Source: Erythrobacter sp. (GTDB lineage Bacteria; Pseudomonadota; Alphaproteobacteria; Sphingomonadales; Sphingomonadaceae). From it: a DNA stretch of 64,000 bases. Under the pieces are notes generated by a model. It worked only from the letters and a program-made list of their open reading frames with translations. It made no database searches and had not been told where the DNA came from. Made by a program: the position numbers and the translations under genes. This document shows positions 51,983 to 61,101 of this stretch, piece after piece. How positions within the stretch are numbered: the stretch's first letter is position 1; every line of letters begins with the position of its first letter. The DNA is taken from NCBI GenBank assembly GCA_023653115.1, contig JAMNXO010000006.1:35869-99868 (forward strand), in the 5' to 3' direction.

Positions 51983-53308
51983 TCAGCCCCCCTTGCGGGC
52001 CATCAGATCAAGCGTCGCCGCCGTCATCGCCTCGGTAGCGGTGGCGATCACCACCGGTGCATCCGGCGCCCAGAATGGCGAGTGCAGCGAGGGCAGCGTG
52101 ATTTCGCCCTTCTGCGCCTTTTCCCACTCCGAAGCCCGCACCCCGCCGACCCAGAAGATCAGCGATTCGACGTTTTCGCGGTCAGCCCGGTAGAACTGGC
52201 TGAAATCCTCGCCGCCCATCACGCTGGGAGTTTCGCGCACGCGGTCGGGGAAGCGGGTCTTGAGGCCTGCCATTACCTTGTCGGTGAATTCAGGCGTGTT
52301 GTAGGTCGCGGGCGTATAGGGATCCTGCACGGTGACGCGGGGCAGCTTGTCCTCGGGCATCCCGGCGGCCAGCGCCTCGCCCTTGGCGATGCGGGCAATC
52401 CCTTCGAGCAGTGCCGTGCGGGTTTCGTCCTTGTAACTGCGCACGGTGATCTGCAGGCGCGCTTCGTCCGGGATGATGTTGTGCTTGGAGCCAGCCTGGA
52501 AGCTGCCGACTGTGATCACTGCCGGTTCGAGCGGATCGCGCTCGCGGCTGATCAGGGTTTGCAGGCGCGTGACGATGCTCGCCGCGATCACGATCGGATC
52601 CTTGGTGGTGTGCGGATAGGCGCCGTGCCCGCCCACGCCCGGCACCACGACATCGACCGAATCGACGTTGGCCAGCGCAAAGCCCTTGGAATAGCCGATC
52701 ATTCCGGCAGGGGCCTGCGCGGCATCGTGGAAGGCCAGCACATAATCGGGCTTGGGGAAACGGGCGTACAGCCCGTCATCGAGCATCGCCTTGGCGCCCT
52801 CGCCGATTTCCTCGGCCGGCTGGAGGATCATCACCAGCGTGCCCGACCATTGATCCTTGCGCTCCGCCAGCAACTGCGCGGTGCCGATCCATGCCGTCAT
52901 GTGGGTATCGTGCCCGCAGGCGTGCATCACCCCGGTCTCGATCCCGGTGGCAGGCACGGCGCGGCGCTTGGAGGCGTAGGGCAGCCCGGTCTGCTCGATC
53001 ACCGGCAGGCCGTCCATGTCGGCGCGCAGCATCAAGGTCGGGCCATCGCCGTTCTTCATCACCGCGACCACGCCGGTCTTGCCGATGCCTTCGGTGACTT
53101 CAAACCCCAGCGCGCGGGCGCGGGCGGCGAGTTTCTTGGCGGTCTCGACTTCCTGGAAGCTCAGTTCGGGATTGGCGTGCAAGTCCTCGTAGAGCGTGAT
53201 CAGCGCGGGCATATCGGCCGCCACCGCGTCGCGCAGTTCGTCGGCCTGTGCGGGCGCCGCCGCGAGTGCCAGCGTGCTCGCGCCGATAAATGTAAGTGCC
53301 AGTTTCAT
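51983..53308 (-). CDS. Secreted M20-family amidohydrolase/peptidase
   Basis: Signal peptide, LHANPELS, RADMDGLP, MHACGHDTH, QPAEE, GGEDF and LHSP. Confidence 0.9.
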   Translation of the reverse strand: MKLALTFIGASTLALAAAPAQADELRDAVAADMPALITLYEDLHANPELSFQEVETAKKLAARARALGFEVTEGIGKTGVVAVMKNGDGPTLMLRADMDGLPVIEQTGLPYASKRRAVPATGIETGVMHACGHDTHMTAWIGTAQLLAERKDQWSGTLVMILQPAEEIGEGAKAMLDDGLYARFPKPDYVLAFHDAAQAPAGMIGYSKGFALANVDSVDVVVPGVGGHGAYPHTTKDPIVIAASIVTRLQTLISRERDPLEPAVITVGSFQAGSKHNIIPDEARLQITVRSYKDETRTALLEGIARIAKGEALAAGMPEDKLPRVTVQDPYTPATYNTPEFTDKVMAGLKTRFPDRVRETPSVMGGEDFSQFYRADRENVESLIFWVGGVRASEWEKAQKGEITLPSLHSPFWAPDAPVVIATATEAMTAATLDLMARKGG

Positions 53309-53464
53309 GCCGAACTCCCCGTTTGTGTCACTATGCCCACTACAACGCGAAGGACACCGCCCGCAAGAACGAGCGGACCGGCAGCATCTTCGCGCTGCCG
53401 ATCCGCCCATAAGCCCAATACTGCTGCCCCGGCGGCACAAGGCCGACGGGACAGAATCCAAATT

Positions 53465-53746
53465 CTATTCGGCGATCTTGTCGACAGCCTCTTCGGCGGC
53501 ATTGCCCACCTGATTGGCGGCTGCGCCCACTTCTGCGGCAGCATCGGCCACCGCTGTGTCCTTGGCCATTTCCGAATTGTTCATCTTGGAAAACAGCAGA
53601 ATGGCAATCGCGGCAGCCACGATCAGGATCGTCAGGCCAACCCACTTGGCGCCGCCGCCGGAGCGTGGCTGGTCGGTGATGACTGTGGTGTTGGTGTGAG
53701 TATTGCCGTCCGGCGTGCGGGTTTCAGTAATGCGTTCTTCGGTCAT
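53465..53746 (-). CDS. Small single-TM hypothetical protein
   Basis: GAGGA RBS, one TM helix and an Ala-rich amphipathic C-terminus. Confidence 0.7.
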   Translation of the reverse strand: MTEERITETRTPDGNTHTNTTVITDQPRSGGGAKWVGLTILIVAAAIAILLFSKMNNSEMAKDTAVADAAAEVGAAANQVGNAAEEAVDKIAE

Positions 53747-53950
53747 ATGTTTTTCCTCGGGGTTGAACGCAATCACCCACCTTCATGCGCGGCGCGCACC
53801 GCACCAGCATTACCCGCGAATGTCGAGCGGTATCTCGCAATGCCGGCTCCGCGATTAAGCGGATCGGATGGGAGCGGCTGAAACGGCGGTTGGTGCGCAG
53901 TGAAGCTCGCAAGGGGCCATCACGTGGCAACAGCAGTGCGAGAACGGCGG

Positions 53951-54035
53951 TGGTGCCCCTGGCCAGACTCGAACTGGCACTTCTTTCGAAACTCGATTTT
54001 GAGTCGAGCGCGTCTACCAATTCCACCACAGGGGC
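53951..54035 (-). tRNA. tRNA-Leu (CAA)
   Basis: Reverse complement GCCCCTG...CAGGGGC-A-CCA. Anticodon arm CTCGA-CTCAAAA-TCGAG. Long variable arm, 85 nt. Confidence 0.96.
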
Positions 54036-54097
54036 GCCTGCGCGGGTCGGGCGCTGTTAGCGAGCGTCCACCTTGCTGGCAAGCACTGGAAACGTCA

Positions 54098-54189
54098 CCC
54101 CAGCGACGCAAGGCCGACTGGCCGCCCGCAGCGACGCGACCTTCAGGTCAAGTGAGCGAGGATTGCGCACGCCGGATGGCGTACGGACC
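54098..54189. repeat. Structured ~90-bp intergenic repeat, copy 2
   Basis: Same orientation as copy 1 (51881-51973). Abuts the suhB stop. Confidence 0.85.
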
Positions 54190-54191
54190 AA

Positions 54192-55010
54192 TTAGCGCAA
54201 CGCGCCTGCCAGCAATTTATGCAGCTTGGAATGCAGCGCGTCGTTCGCGGCAAGCACCTGATCGGCGTGGATCGGCGACGAGCGACCGCGGAAGTCGGAG
54301 ACGAACCCGCCCGCTTCGCGCACCAGCAGGCAGCCGGCAGCCGTGTCCCACTCCGAAAGGCCGCTTTCCCAGAAACCGTCGAACCGGCCCTGCGCCACAT
54401 AGGCGAGATCGAGCGAGGCGGCGCCGAAGCGGCGGATACCGGCCACTTCCGGCCCAATCGCGCCGAAGATGCGGCTCCACTCGGCAAAGTCGCCATGGCC
54501 GAAGAACGGCACGCCAGTTGCCACCAGAGCATCCGCAAGGCGCGAGCGGGCCGAGACGCGCAGGCGCGCATCCTGAAGCCACGCACCGCGCGATTTTTCC
54601 GCCCAGAAGGTCTGATCGGTGATCGGCTGATAGACCACGCCGGCGACCACATCGCCCCAGCCGCTGCCATCGGGCTTGGGCTCCTGCGCGGCAATCGAGA
54701 CCGCGAAATGGGGGATGCCGTGCAGGAAATTGCTGGTGCCATCGAGCGGATCGACGATCCAGCGCGGCATGCCCGGCTTGCCTTCGATCACGCCGGCTTC
54801 TTCCATCACGAAGCCCCAATCGGGGCGCGCGGCGAGCAATTCGTCATAGAGCGTGCGTTCGGCGCGAATGTCCGCCTTGCTGACGAAATCGGCCGGGCCC
54901 TTGCGGCTGACCTGCAAATGTTCGACTTCGCCGAAATCGCGCCGCAAACGCCCGCCCGCTTTGCGCGCGGCGCGTTCCATGACGCGAATGAGGCCGGAAA
55001 TAGCTGCCAT
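54192..55010 (-). CDS. suhB: Inositol monophosphatase family protein (SuhB)
   Basis: WIVDPLDGTSNF, RRFGAASLDL and WDTAAG. Confidence 0.9.
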   Translation of the reverse strand: MAAISGLIRVMERAARKAGGRLRRDFGEVEHLQVSRKGPADFVSKADIRAERTLYDELLAARPDWGFVMEEAGVIEGKPGMPRWIVDPLDGTSNFLHGIPHFAVSIAAQEPKPDGSGWGDVVAGVVYQPITDQTFWAEKSRGAWLQDARLRVSARSRLADALVATGVPFFGHGDFAEWSRIFGAIGPEVAGIRRFGAASLDLAYVAQGRFDGFWESGLSEWDTAAGCLLVREAGGFVSDFRGRSSPIHADQVLAANDALHSKLHKLLAGALR

Positions 55011-55018
55011 GTGTCTGC

Positions 55019-55582
55019 TCAGCTCGCCTTGCCGACGTAGGCCTGCTCGTACACATCGACGATGATGCGTGTGCCAGCGCCGATATGGGGCGGCACCATG
55101 ATGCGCACGCCGTTGTCGAGGATCGCGGGCTTGTAGCTGGACGAGGCGGTCTGCCCCTTCACCACGGCGTCAGCCTCGACAATCGTGGCTTCGATCTGCG
55201 AGGGCAGTTCAACCGAGATCGGCTTTTCGTCCCACAGCTCAAGGTTCACCTGCATCCCGTCCTGCAGGAACGGGCGCGCATCACCGAGCAGGTCGCCCGG
55301 CAGCGTGATCTGTTCGTAGGTGTCATTGTCCATGAACACCAGATCCTCGCCCTCGGCATAGAGGAACTGGAATTCTTTGGTGTCGAGCCGCACGCGCTCC
55401 ACCGTGTCGGCGCTGCGGAAGCGCACGTTGGTCTTGCGGCCATCCTGCAGGTTCTTCATTTCGACCTGCATATAGGCCCCGCCCTTGCCCGGCTGGGTGT
55501 GCTGGATCTTGGCGACCTTCCAGATGCCTTTTTCATACTCAAGGATATTGCCGGGGCGAATATCGACGCCGCTGATCTTCAT
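55019..55582 (-). CDS. efp: Elongation factor P
   Basis: [16 protein letters not shown] and YKPA. Confidence 0.96.
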   Translation of the reverse strand: MKISGVDIRPGNILEYEKGIWKVAKIQHTQPGKGGAYMQVEMKNLQDGRKTNVRFRSADTVERVRLDTKEFQFLYAEGEDLVFMDNDTYEQITLPGDLLGDARPFLQDGMQVNLELWDEKPISVELPSQIEATIVEADAVVKGQTASSSYKPAILDNGVRIMVPPHIGAGTRIIVDVYEQAYVGKAS

Positions 55583-55747
55583 GGGGCTGTGGGCCTTTGC
55601 TCAGGGAAGTGGGAGGACGCACCGCGCAGGGGCGCATCCCGCAAATGATGCGCGCCGATAGCCGATAGCGGGCGGATCGGCAAGCGCGGGCAAAGCGGCC
55701 CGCGAAAGGCTTGGCTTTGGGGGCGGCGGCCTGATAGGGCGCGGGCC

Positions 55748-56173
55748 ATGCGGACCCGTTACATCATTCTTCTCACGCTGTGCGCCGCGGCCGTGGCGGC
55801 CTTCGGCTCAGGCCTTGCTGGCGCGCAGGATCGCAATGACGCGCGCCCGGCGGGCTCTCCGCCGGCGGCGAGCGATGGCGGAATGCTCGCCACCTTGCAG
55901 CGCGGCGAATGGGAATGCGCTCTGCCCGGCGATGCAGGAGGCGAAGCCTTTGTGGTGGTGCCCGAAGAAGGCTTCCGCATCGGCAATGCCTCAAGTTACC
56001 GCAACCCCGAGGGGCGCGGCATCTATCTGCTGCGCGGCACCGAACTGATCTTCACCCGCGGCCCCAAGAAGGACCAGCGCTTCCGCGTGCTGGGCGAGAA
56101 TTCCTTGCGCAAGCTGGCCGAGGACGGGTCTGAGAGCAAGCTGACCTGCACCCGGCTGGGCAACGCAGGCTAG
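55748..56173 (+). CDS. Secreted hypothetical protein
   Basis: Signal peptide, WECALPGDA motif and a second Cys near the C-terminus. Confidence 0.7.
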   Translation: MRTRYIILLTLCAAAVAAFGSGLAGAQDRNDARPAGSPPAASDGGMLATLQRGEWECALPGDAGGEAFVVVPEEGFRIGNASSYRNPEGRGIYLLRGTELIFTRGPKKDQRFRVLGENSLRKLAEDGSESKLTCTRLGNAG

Positions 56174-56238
56174 GCTTCTGTGGCCCTATCGGGCACGGAT
56201 CAGCAAATGGCCGTGCCGCCCGGAATGGCAGCAAGCTG

Positions 56239-56919
56239 CTATCTTCTGCTCGCCAGAATGCGTTTCCGCTCGACGCTTGCGGCCTTTATCGCCTCGGCAA
56301 AAGCCTCGACCGCCGCGACCTCGTCGCCGCCCCATACCGCCCCTGACACCGCAAGGAAATCCGCGCCTGCAAGGATCAGCGGCGCGCAATTCTCAGGCGT
56401 GATCCCGCCGATCGCGACGCAGGGAATCTCGAAAATCTGGCTCCACCATTCAAGCACCTCGAGATCGGGCACCTCGGCATCCGGGCCCTTATCCTTGGTG
56501 GTCGAAGGATAGAACGCACCGAAGGCAACGTAATCCGCCCCCGCCTCGCCCGCTTCCATCGCCATGTGGCGGCTGGCGTGGCAGGTGACGCCGATCTGCG
56601 CCTCGCGCCCCAATTCCTCGCGTGCCTCGCGCGGGGAGCCATCGTCCTGCCCGAGATGCACCCCGTCGGCCTTCAGTCGCTTGGCAAGCGATACCGAATC
56701 ATTGACGATAAAGGCGACATCATGCGCCGCGCAGATTTCCTGCAACGGCGCAGCGAGCGCAGCGGCCTCGTGGCTGTCGACGCCCTTCACCCGGAACTGG
56801 AAGGCGGTAACAACCTGGTTCTTGGGCCCCTTGCCCGCGGAAAGCGCGCGTTCAAGCCGTGCAGGAAAGTCGCCGCCAACGTCGAGCGGGGAGATGAGGT
56901 AAAGCTGGGTCTCGGTCAT
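56239..56919 (-). CDS. thiE: Thiamine phosphate synthase
   Basis: FIVND, DGVHLGQDD, GADYVAFG and VAIGGIT. Confidence 0.93.
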   Translation of the reverse strand: MTETQLYLISPLDVGGDFPARLERALSAGKGPKNQVVTAFQFRVKGVDSHEAAALAAPLQEICAAHDVAFIVNDSVSLAKRLKADGVHLGQDDGSPREAREELGREAQIGVTCHASRHMAMEAGEAGADYVAFGAFYPSTTKDKGPDAEVPDLEVLEWWSQIFEIPCVAIGGITPENCAPLILAGADFLAVSGAVWGGDEVAAVEAFAEAIKAASVERKRILASRR

Positions 56920-56966
56920 GCAGGCCGCGCTAATGCCTTACGCGCCGCCTGTCACCTGCCGAACCT

Positions 56967-57851
56967 TCAGACGCTGGCGCTCGCGATCTGTTCGATCGCC
57001 TTGCCGAGTACGGTGTTGAACTCGGCGTCGGTCTGGTCTTTGCGCAAATCCTGCAACAGCCCGCGGCTGAAGCTGGCGATCATGCCGGGGTTCTGAGCGA
57101 GGCGCGAACAGGCATCGTCGGTCGAGAACCCGCCCGACAGCGCAACCACGCGCAGCACCTTGGGGTGATGCGTCAGCGGCGTGTAGAGGCCGGCCGTCGC
57201 CGGGATCGAAAGCTTCAGCATCACCTGCTGGCCTTCGGGCAGCGCATCGAGATGCTTGGTGATTTCCGCAAGCAGGATCGCCTCGCCCTCGGCGCGGTCG
57301 GCAGAGGTGATGTCATATTCGGGCTCGATAATCGGCATCAGGCCCGCGGCAATAATCTGCGCGCCGACTTCAAATTGCTGCGCGACAACGGCGGCGATCC
57401 CCGCCGGGTTGGCGGCCTTGATCACCGAGCGCATCTTGGTGCCGAACATGCCCGCCGCCACCGACTTTTCGAGCAGCGCGGGCAGCTTCACCATCGGCTT
57501 CATCAGCTGCACGCCGTCCGCTTCGTCGGCGAGGCCCTCGTCGACCTTGATGAAGGGGACGATCCCGCGCGCCTTCAGCGCATCGCCGGTGGACAGGCCG
57601 TCGACCTCGCCGTCCATCGTCCGCTCGAACAGGATCGCACCGATGACCTTGCCGCTACCGAAGCACGGCGAGGTGATCACGCGGGCTCGCATCTTGTGGA
57701 TCTGCGCGAACATCGCCTCGTCGTCCGACCATTCGCTGTCATCGACGCCATACCCGCGCAGCGCCTTGGGCGTGGAGCCGCCCGACTGATCGAGCGCGGC
57801 GATGAAGCCCTGTCCGGTGGCAATGCGGTCGGTCATGGCTTGGCGGTTCAT
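56967..57851 (-). CDS. Fructose-bisphosphate aldolase class I
   Basis: AALDQSGGSTPKAL, FGTKMRSVI, PIIEPE and VVALSGG. Confidence 0.93.
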   Translation of the reverse strand: MNRQAMTDRIATGQGFIAALDQSGGSTPKALRGYGVDDSEWSDDEAMFAQIHKMRARVITSPCFGSGKVIGAILFERTMDGEVDGLSTGDALKARGIVPFIKVDEGLADEADGVQLMKPMVKLPALLEKSVAAGMFGTKMRSVIKAANPAGIAAVVAQQFEVGAQIIAAGLMPIIEPEYDITSADRAEGEAILLAEITKHLDALPEGQQVMLKLSIPATAGLYTPLTHHPKVLRVVALSGGFSTDDACSRLAQNPGMIASFSRGLLQDLRKDQTDAEFNTVLGKAIEQIASASV

Positions 57852-57965
57852 TGCGGCGGTTCCCCTTGGTCGTGACATTGGCTCTGCATACCTATGCAGA
57901 GGGTTTCAACGCGCCCTTAGCGATAGCTCTGAAATGCTGCAACTGCACAACGCGCCCGGCCGGGA

Positions 57966-58418
57966 CTAGCGCTTCGAAAGTCGCCGGATGATGCCGGTGA
58001 AGCTCAAGGCAGGCTTGCCGTCGCCGGTGATGAGCCCGCGCACAAAGATGGTCTTGCCGCCCCCGCGCGTCACTTCCCCGCGCGCTTCGACCAGCGCGCC
58101 GCTGTTGATCGCCCCGAGAAAATCACCCGCCAGATTAAGCGTCACCGCGTGATCGCCCGCCAGTTCATCGGTGGCGATTGCAAACAACGCGAAATCGGCA
58201 AAGGTCAGCATACAGCCGCCGTGCATGAACCCGCCGCCGTTCATGTGGCGGACCTCGGCGCGGAAGGCGCTGACATAGGAGCCATCCTCCTCGCGGCGAT
58301 AGTAGAACGGGCCGGAACGCGTCTCGAACGGATCACCGTTCCAGTAACGCCACCCCGCAAACTCGCCCTCTTCCATCACAGACAGGGTGCCGTAGCTGGT
58401 TTCGACTGCTTCGCTCAT
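57966..58418 (-). CDS. PaaI-family thioesterase
   Basis: HMNGGGFMHGGCMLTFAD hotdog-fold motif. Confidence 0.88.
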   Translation of the reverse strand: MSEAVETSYGTLSVMEEGEFAGWRYWNGDPFETRSGPFYYRREEDGSYVSAFRAEVRHMNGGGFMHGGCMLTFADFALFAIATDELAGDHAVTLNLAGDFLGAINSGALVEARGEVTRGGGKTIFVRGLITGDGKPALSFTGIIRRLSKR

Positions 58419-58420
58419 CG

Positions 58421-58846
58421 CTATTTCCACAATTGCAGCTTGGAGACGGCAGCCGCGAAGCTGTCGTCCTGATCGAGCCGGGCGAGGCTGCGTTCGGCCA
58501 GCTTCCAGCCGCCAATCGCGCCCTTGCGCCACAGGCCGGTGACGAGGAACGGCCCCGTCCATGCCTTTGCGCCCAGTCCCAGTTCCAGCTCTGCCCCGGC
58601 CACGAACCAGGCGCACTTGCCGTGCTGGCGGACAAAGACTTCGCGCATGGCAAAGCGGGTGCAGGCAAAGCCGCGCTCGATCCCGGCAAGGAAGCTCGGG
58701 CGGTCGAGCAGCTGCGGGGGAAGCGTGCCGATCATCGCCATGAAATCGCGCGCGAGGAGCTTCTTGGTCTCCTTGCCATCGCGCGCCACCCAGGCGCGCA
58801 TCAGGCGCAGTTCGAGCGCTTCGATCTCGGCTTCGCTGCTGGCCAT
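58421..58846 (-). CDS. NTF2-like (DUF4440/SnoaL-like) protein
   Basis: AWVARD...LLARDF and C-terminal WRK...GWKL pattern. Confidence 0.72.
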   Translation of the reverse strand: MASSEAEIEALELRLMRAWVARDGKETKKLLARDFMAMIGTLPPQLLDRPSFLAGIERGFACTRFAMREVFVRQHGKCAWFVAGAELELGLGAKAWTGPFLVTGLWRKGAIGGWKLAERSLARLDQDDSFAAAVSKLQLWK

Positions 58847-58847
58847 A

Positions 58848-60053
58848 TCAGGCTTCGAGCGCGGCGACGCCGGGCAGGACGCGGCCTTCCATCCATTCGA
58901 GGAATGCGCCGCCAGCGGTTGAGATATAGGAGAAATCCTCCGAAACGCCGGCCGCAGCCAAGGCCGCAACCGTATCGCCGCCACCGGCCACACTCACCAG
59001 CGAGCCTTCGAGCGTCAGGGCCGCTGCCGTGCGCGCCAGTGCCACTGTGGCGGCATCGAAGGGCTCGGTCTCGAAGGCACCCAGCGGACCGTTCCACACC
59101 AGCGTGCGGCAGGTCTTGAGCACGTCCGCGAGCGCTTCGACCGCCTGCGGGCCGAGATCGAGGATCATTTCGTCGGCCGCAACCTCGTGGACGTTGCACG
59201 TCCGCAGGGATGGCGGGTTGGCGGCGAATTCCTTGGCCACCACCACGTCATAGGGCAGGTGGACAGTGCAACCGGCGTGATCGGCTTCGTCCATGATGCG
59301 CGTCACGGTCGCGGCCAGATCATGCTCGCACAGGCTCTTGCCGACATTCACGCCGCGCGCAGCAAGGAAGGTGTTGGCCATGCCGCCGCCGATGATCAGG
59401 TGCTGCACCTTGCCCACGAGGTGTTCGAGCACCGCCAGCTTGGTCGAGACCTTGGCCCCGCCGACGACCGCCGCGACGGGTTGCTCGGGCGAGCCAAGGG
59501 CCACATCCAGCGCCTTCAGCTCGGCTTCCATGGAGCGTCCGGCATAGGCGGGCAAGAAATGCGCCAAGCCTTCGGTGGTGGCGTGCGCGCGGTGCGCAGC
59601 GCTGAACGCGTCGTTGACGTAGAGCGTCCCGTGCGCCGCAATCGCCTGAGCGAAGCTCGCGTCATTAGCCTCTTCGCCCGGCCAGAAGCGGGTGTTGTCC
59701 AGCAGCCCGATATCGCCTGCGCGCAGGATCGTGCTGACCGCCTGATCGACCACCGGCCCGGCGATTTCGGGAATGAACATCACTTCCTTGCCCAGCACCT
59801 GCTCGACATCGCCGATCACCATGCTGGTCGACAGCATCGACGAGCGTTGCCCGCCCGGACGCCCGAAGTGTGCCAGCAGCAGCACCTTCGCCCCGCGCGC
59901 TGCAAGCTCAAGGATGGTCGGCTTCACCGCCTCGACCCGCGTGACATCGGTGGCTGAGCCATCCTTCATCGGCAGGTTGAGATCGACACGCACCAGCGCC
60001 ACCTCGCCAGTGAGGTCGGCGGGCAGATCGTCGAGGGTCTTGAACTTGGCCAC
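58848..60053 (-). CDS. pgk: Phosphoglycerate kinase
   Basis: [24 protein letters not shown] and [13 protein letters not shown]. Confidence 0.97.
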   Translation of the reverse strand: MAKFKTLDDLPADLTGEVALVRVDLNLPMKDGSATDVTRVEAVKPTILELAARGAKVLLLAHFGRPGGQRSSMLSTSMVIGDVEQVLGKEVMFIPEIAGPVVDQAVSTILRAGDIGLLDNTRFWPGEEANDASFAQAIAAHGTLYVNDAFSAAHRAHATTEGLAHFLPAYAGRSMEAELKALDVALGSPEQPVAAVVGGAKVSTKLAVLEHLVGKVQHLIIGGGMANTFLAARGVNVGKSLCEHDLAATVTRIMDEADHAGCTVHLPYDVVVAKEFAANPPSLRTCNVHEVAADEMILDLGPQAVEALADVLKTCRTLVWNGPLGAFETEPFDAATVALARTAAALTLEGSLVSVAGGGDTVAALAAAGVSEDFSYISTAGGAFLEWMEGRVLPGVAALEA

Positions 60054-60078
60054 GCTTACCTCCGCTGGCGGATTGGGG

Positions 60079-61086
60079 TCAGAGGAACTTCGCCATCACC
60101 CCGGCGGTGTCGATCATCCGGTTGGAGAAGCCCCATTCGTTGTCGTACCAGCTGACCACGCGGGCAAGCTTGCCTTCCATCACGCTGGTCTCGAGGCTGT
60201 CGACGGTGGAGCTGGCCGGGTAGTGATTGAAGTCCGAGCTGACCAGCGGCTGATCGGTGAAGTCCAGCACGCCCTTCATCGGGCCTGCGGCTGCGGCCTT
60301 CAACGCGGCGTTGATCTCTTCCACGGTGGTATCGCGCGACGGCGTGAACACCAGATCGATCAGCGAGACATTCGGGGTCGGCACACGCACCGAGGAGCCG
60401 TCGAGCTTGCCCTTCAGTTCCGGCAGCACTAGGCCCACGGCGCGCGCGGCGCCGGTGGTGGTGGGGATCATGTTGGTCGCGCCTGCACGGGCGCGGCGCA
60501 GATCGGAGTGGATCTGGTCGAGCATCCTCTGGTCGTTGGTGTAGCTGTGGATCGTGGTCATGAACCCGCGCTCGATGCCGATCGCGTCATTGAGCACCTT
60601 GGCGACCGGCGCGAGGCAGTTGGTGGTGCAGCTCGCATTGGAGATGATCACGTCATCCGCTGTCAGCGTATCGTGGTTCACGCCGTAAACAATGGTCTTG
60701 GACACGCCGGTGGCGGGCGCGGAGATCAGCACGCGCTTGGCACCGGCAGCAAGATGCGGGCGGCTCGCCTCGTCCGACTGGAAGAACCCGGTGCATTCGA
60801 GCACGATGTCGATGCCCATTTCGCCATGCGGCAGCTTGGCCGGATCGCGTTCCTTGGTCACCGCGATGCGCTTGCCATTGACGATGATCGCGTCGCCATC
60901 GGCGGTCACTTCGCCATTGAAGCGACCGTGGACGGAATCGTAAGCGAACAGCAGCGCATTCGCCTTGGCGTCGGCCAGATCATTGATCGAGACGAGTTCG
61001 AGGTCATGATCGCTGCGCTCGAGGATCGCGCGTGCGACAAGCCGGCCGATGCGACCGAAGCCGTTGATGGCAACCTTGGTGGCCAT
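60079..61086 (-). CDS. gap: Glyceraldehyde-3-phosphate dehydrogenase type I
   Basis: [21 protein letters not shown] and [11 protein letters not shown]. Confidence 0.98.
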   Translation of the reverse strand: MATKVAINGFGRIGRLVARAILERSDHDLELVSINDLADAKANALLFAYDSVHGRFNGEVTADGDAIIVNGKRIAVTKERDPAKLPHGEMGIDIVLECTGFFQSDEASRPHLAAGAKRVLISAPATGVSKTIVYGVNHDTLTADDVIISNASCTTNCLAPVAKVLNDAIGIERGFMTTIHSYTNDQRMLDQIHSDLRRARAGATNMIPTTTGAARAVGLVLPELKGKLDGSSVRVPTPNVSLIDLVFTPSRDTTVEEINAALKAAAAGPMKGVLDFTDQPLVSSDFNHYPASSTVDSLETSVMEGKLARVVSWYDNEWGFSNRMIDTAGVMAKFL

Positions 61087-61101
61087 AATAGATTCTCCTG
61101 C

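Noticed and set aside
53780-53900. Possible multi-branch RNA structure between tRNA-Leu and the small TM gene (GCGCACC...GGTGCGC)
   Set aside because: Short stems in GC-rich DNA, a single copy and no covariation evidence, so it cannot be told from chance.
51881-54189. Direct repeats near tRNA-Leu read as att sites of an integrated element or as a CRISPR array
   Set aside because: The repeats are not the tRNA 3' end, there is no integrase or cas gene, and there are only two copies 2.2 kb apart.
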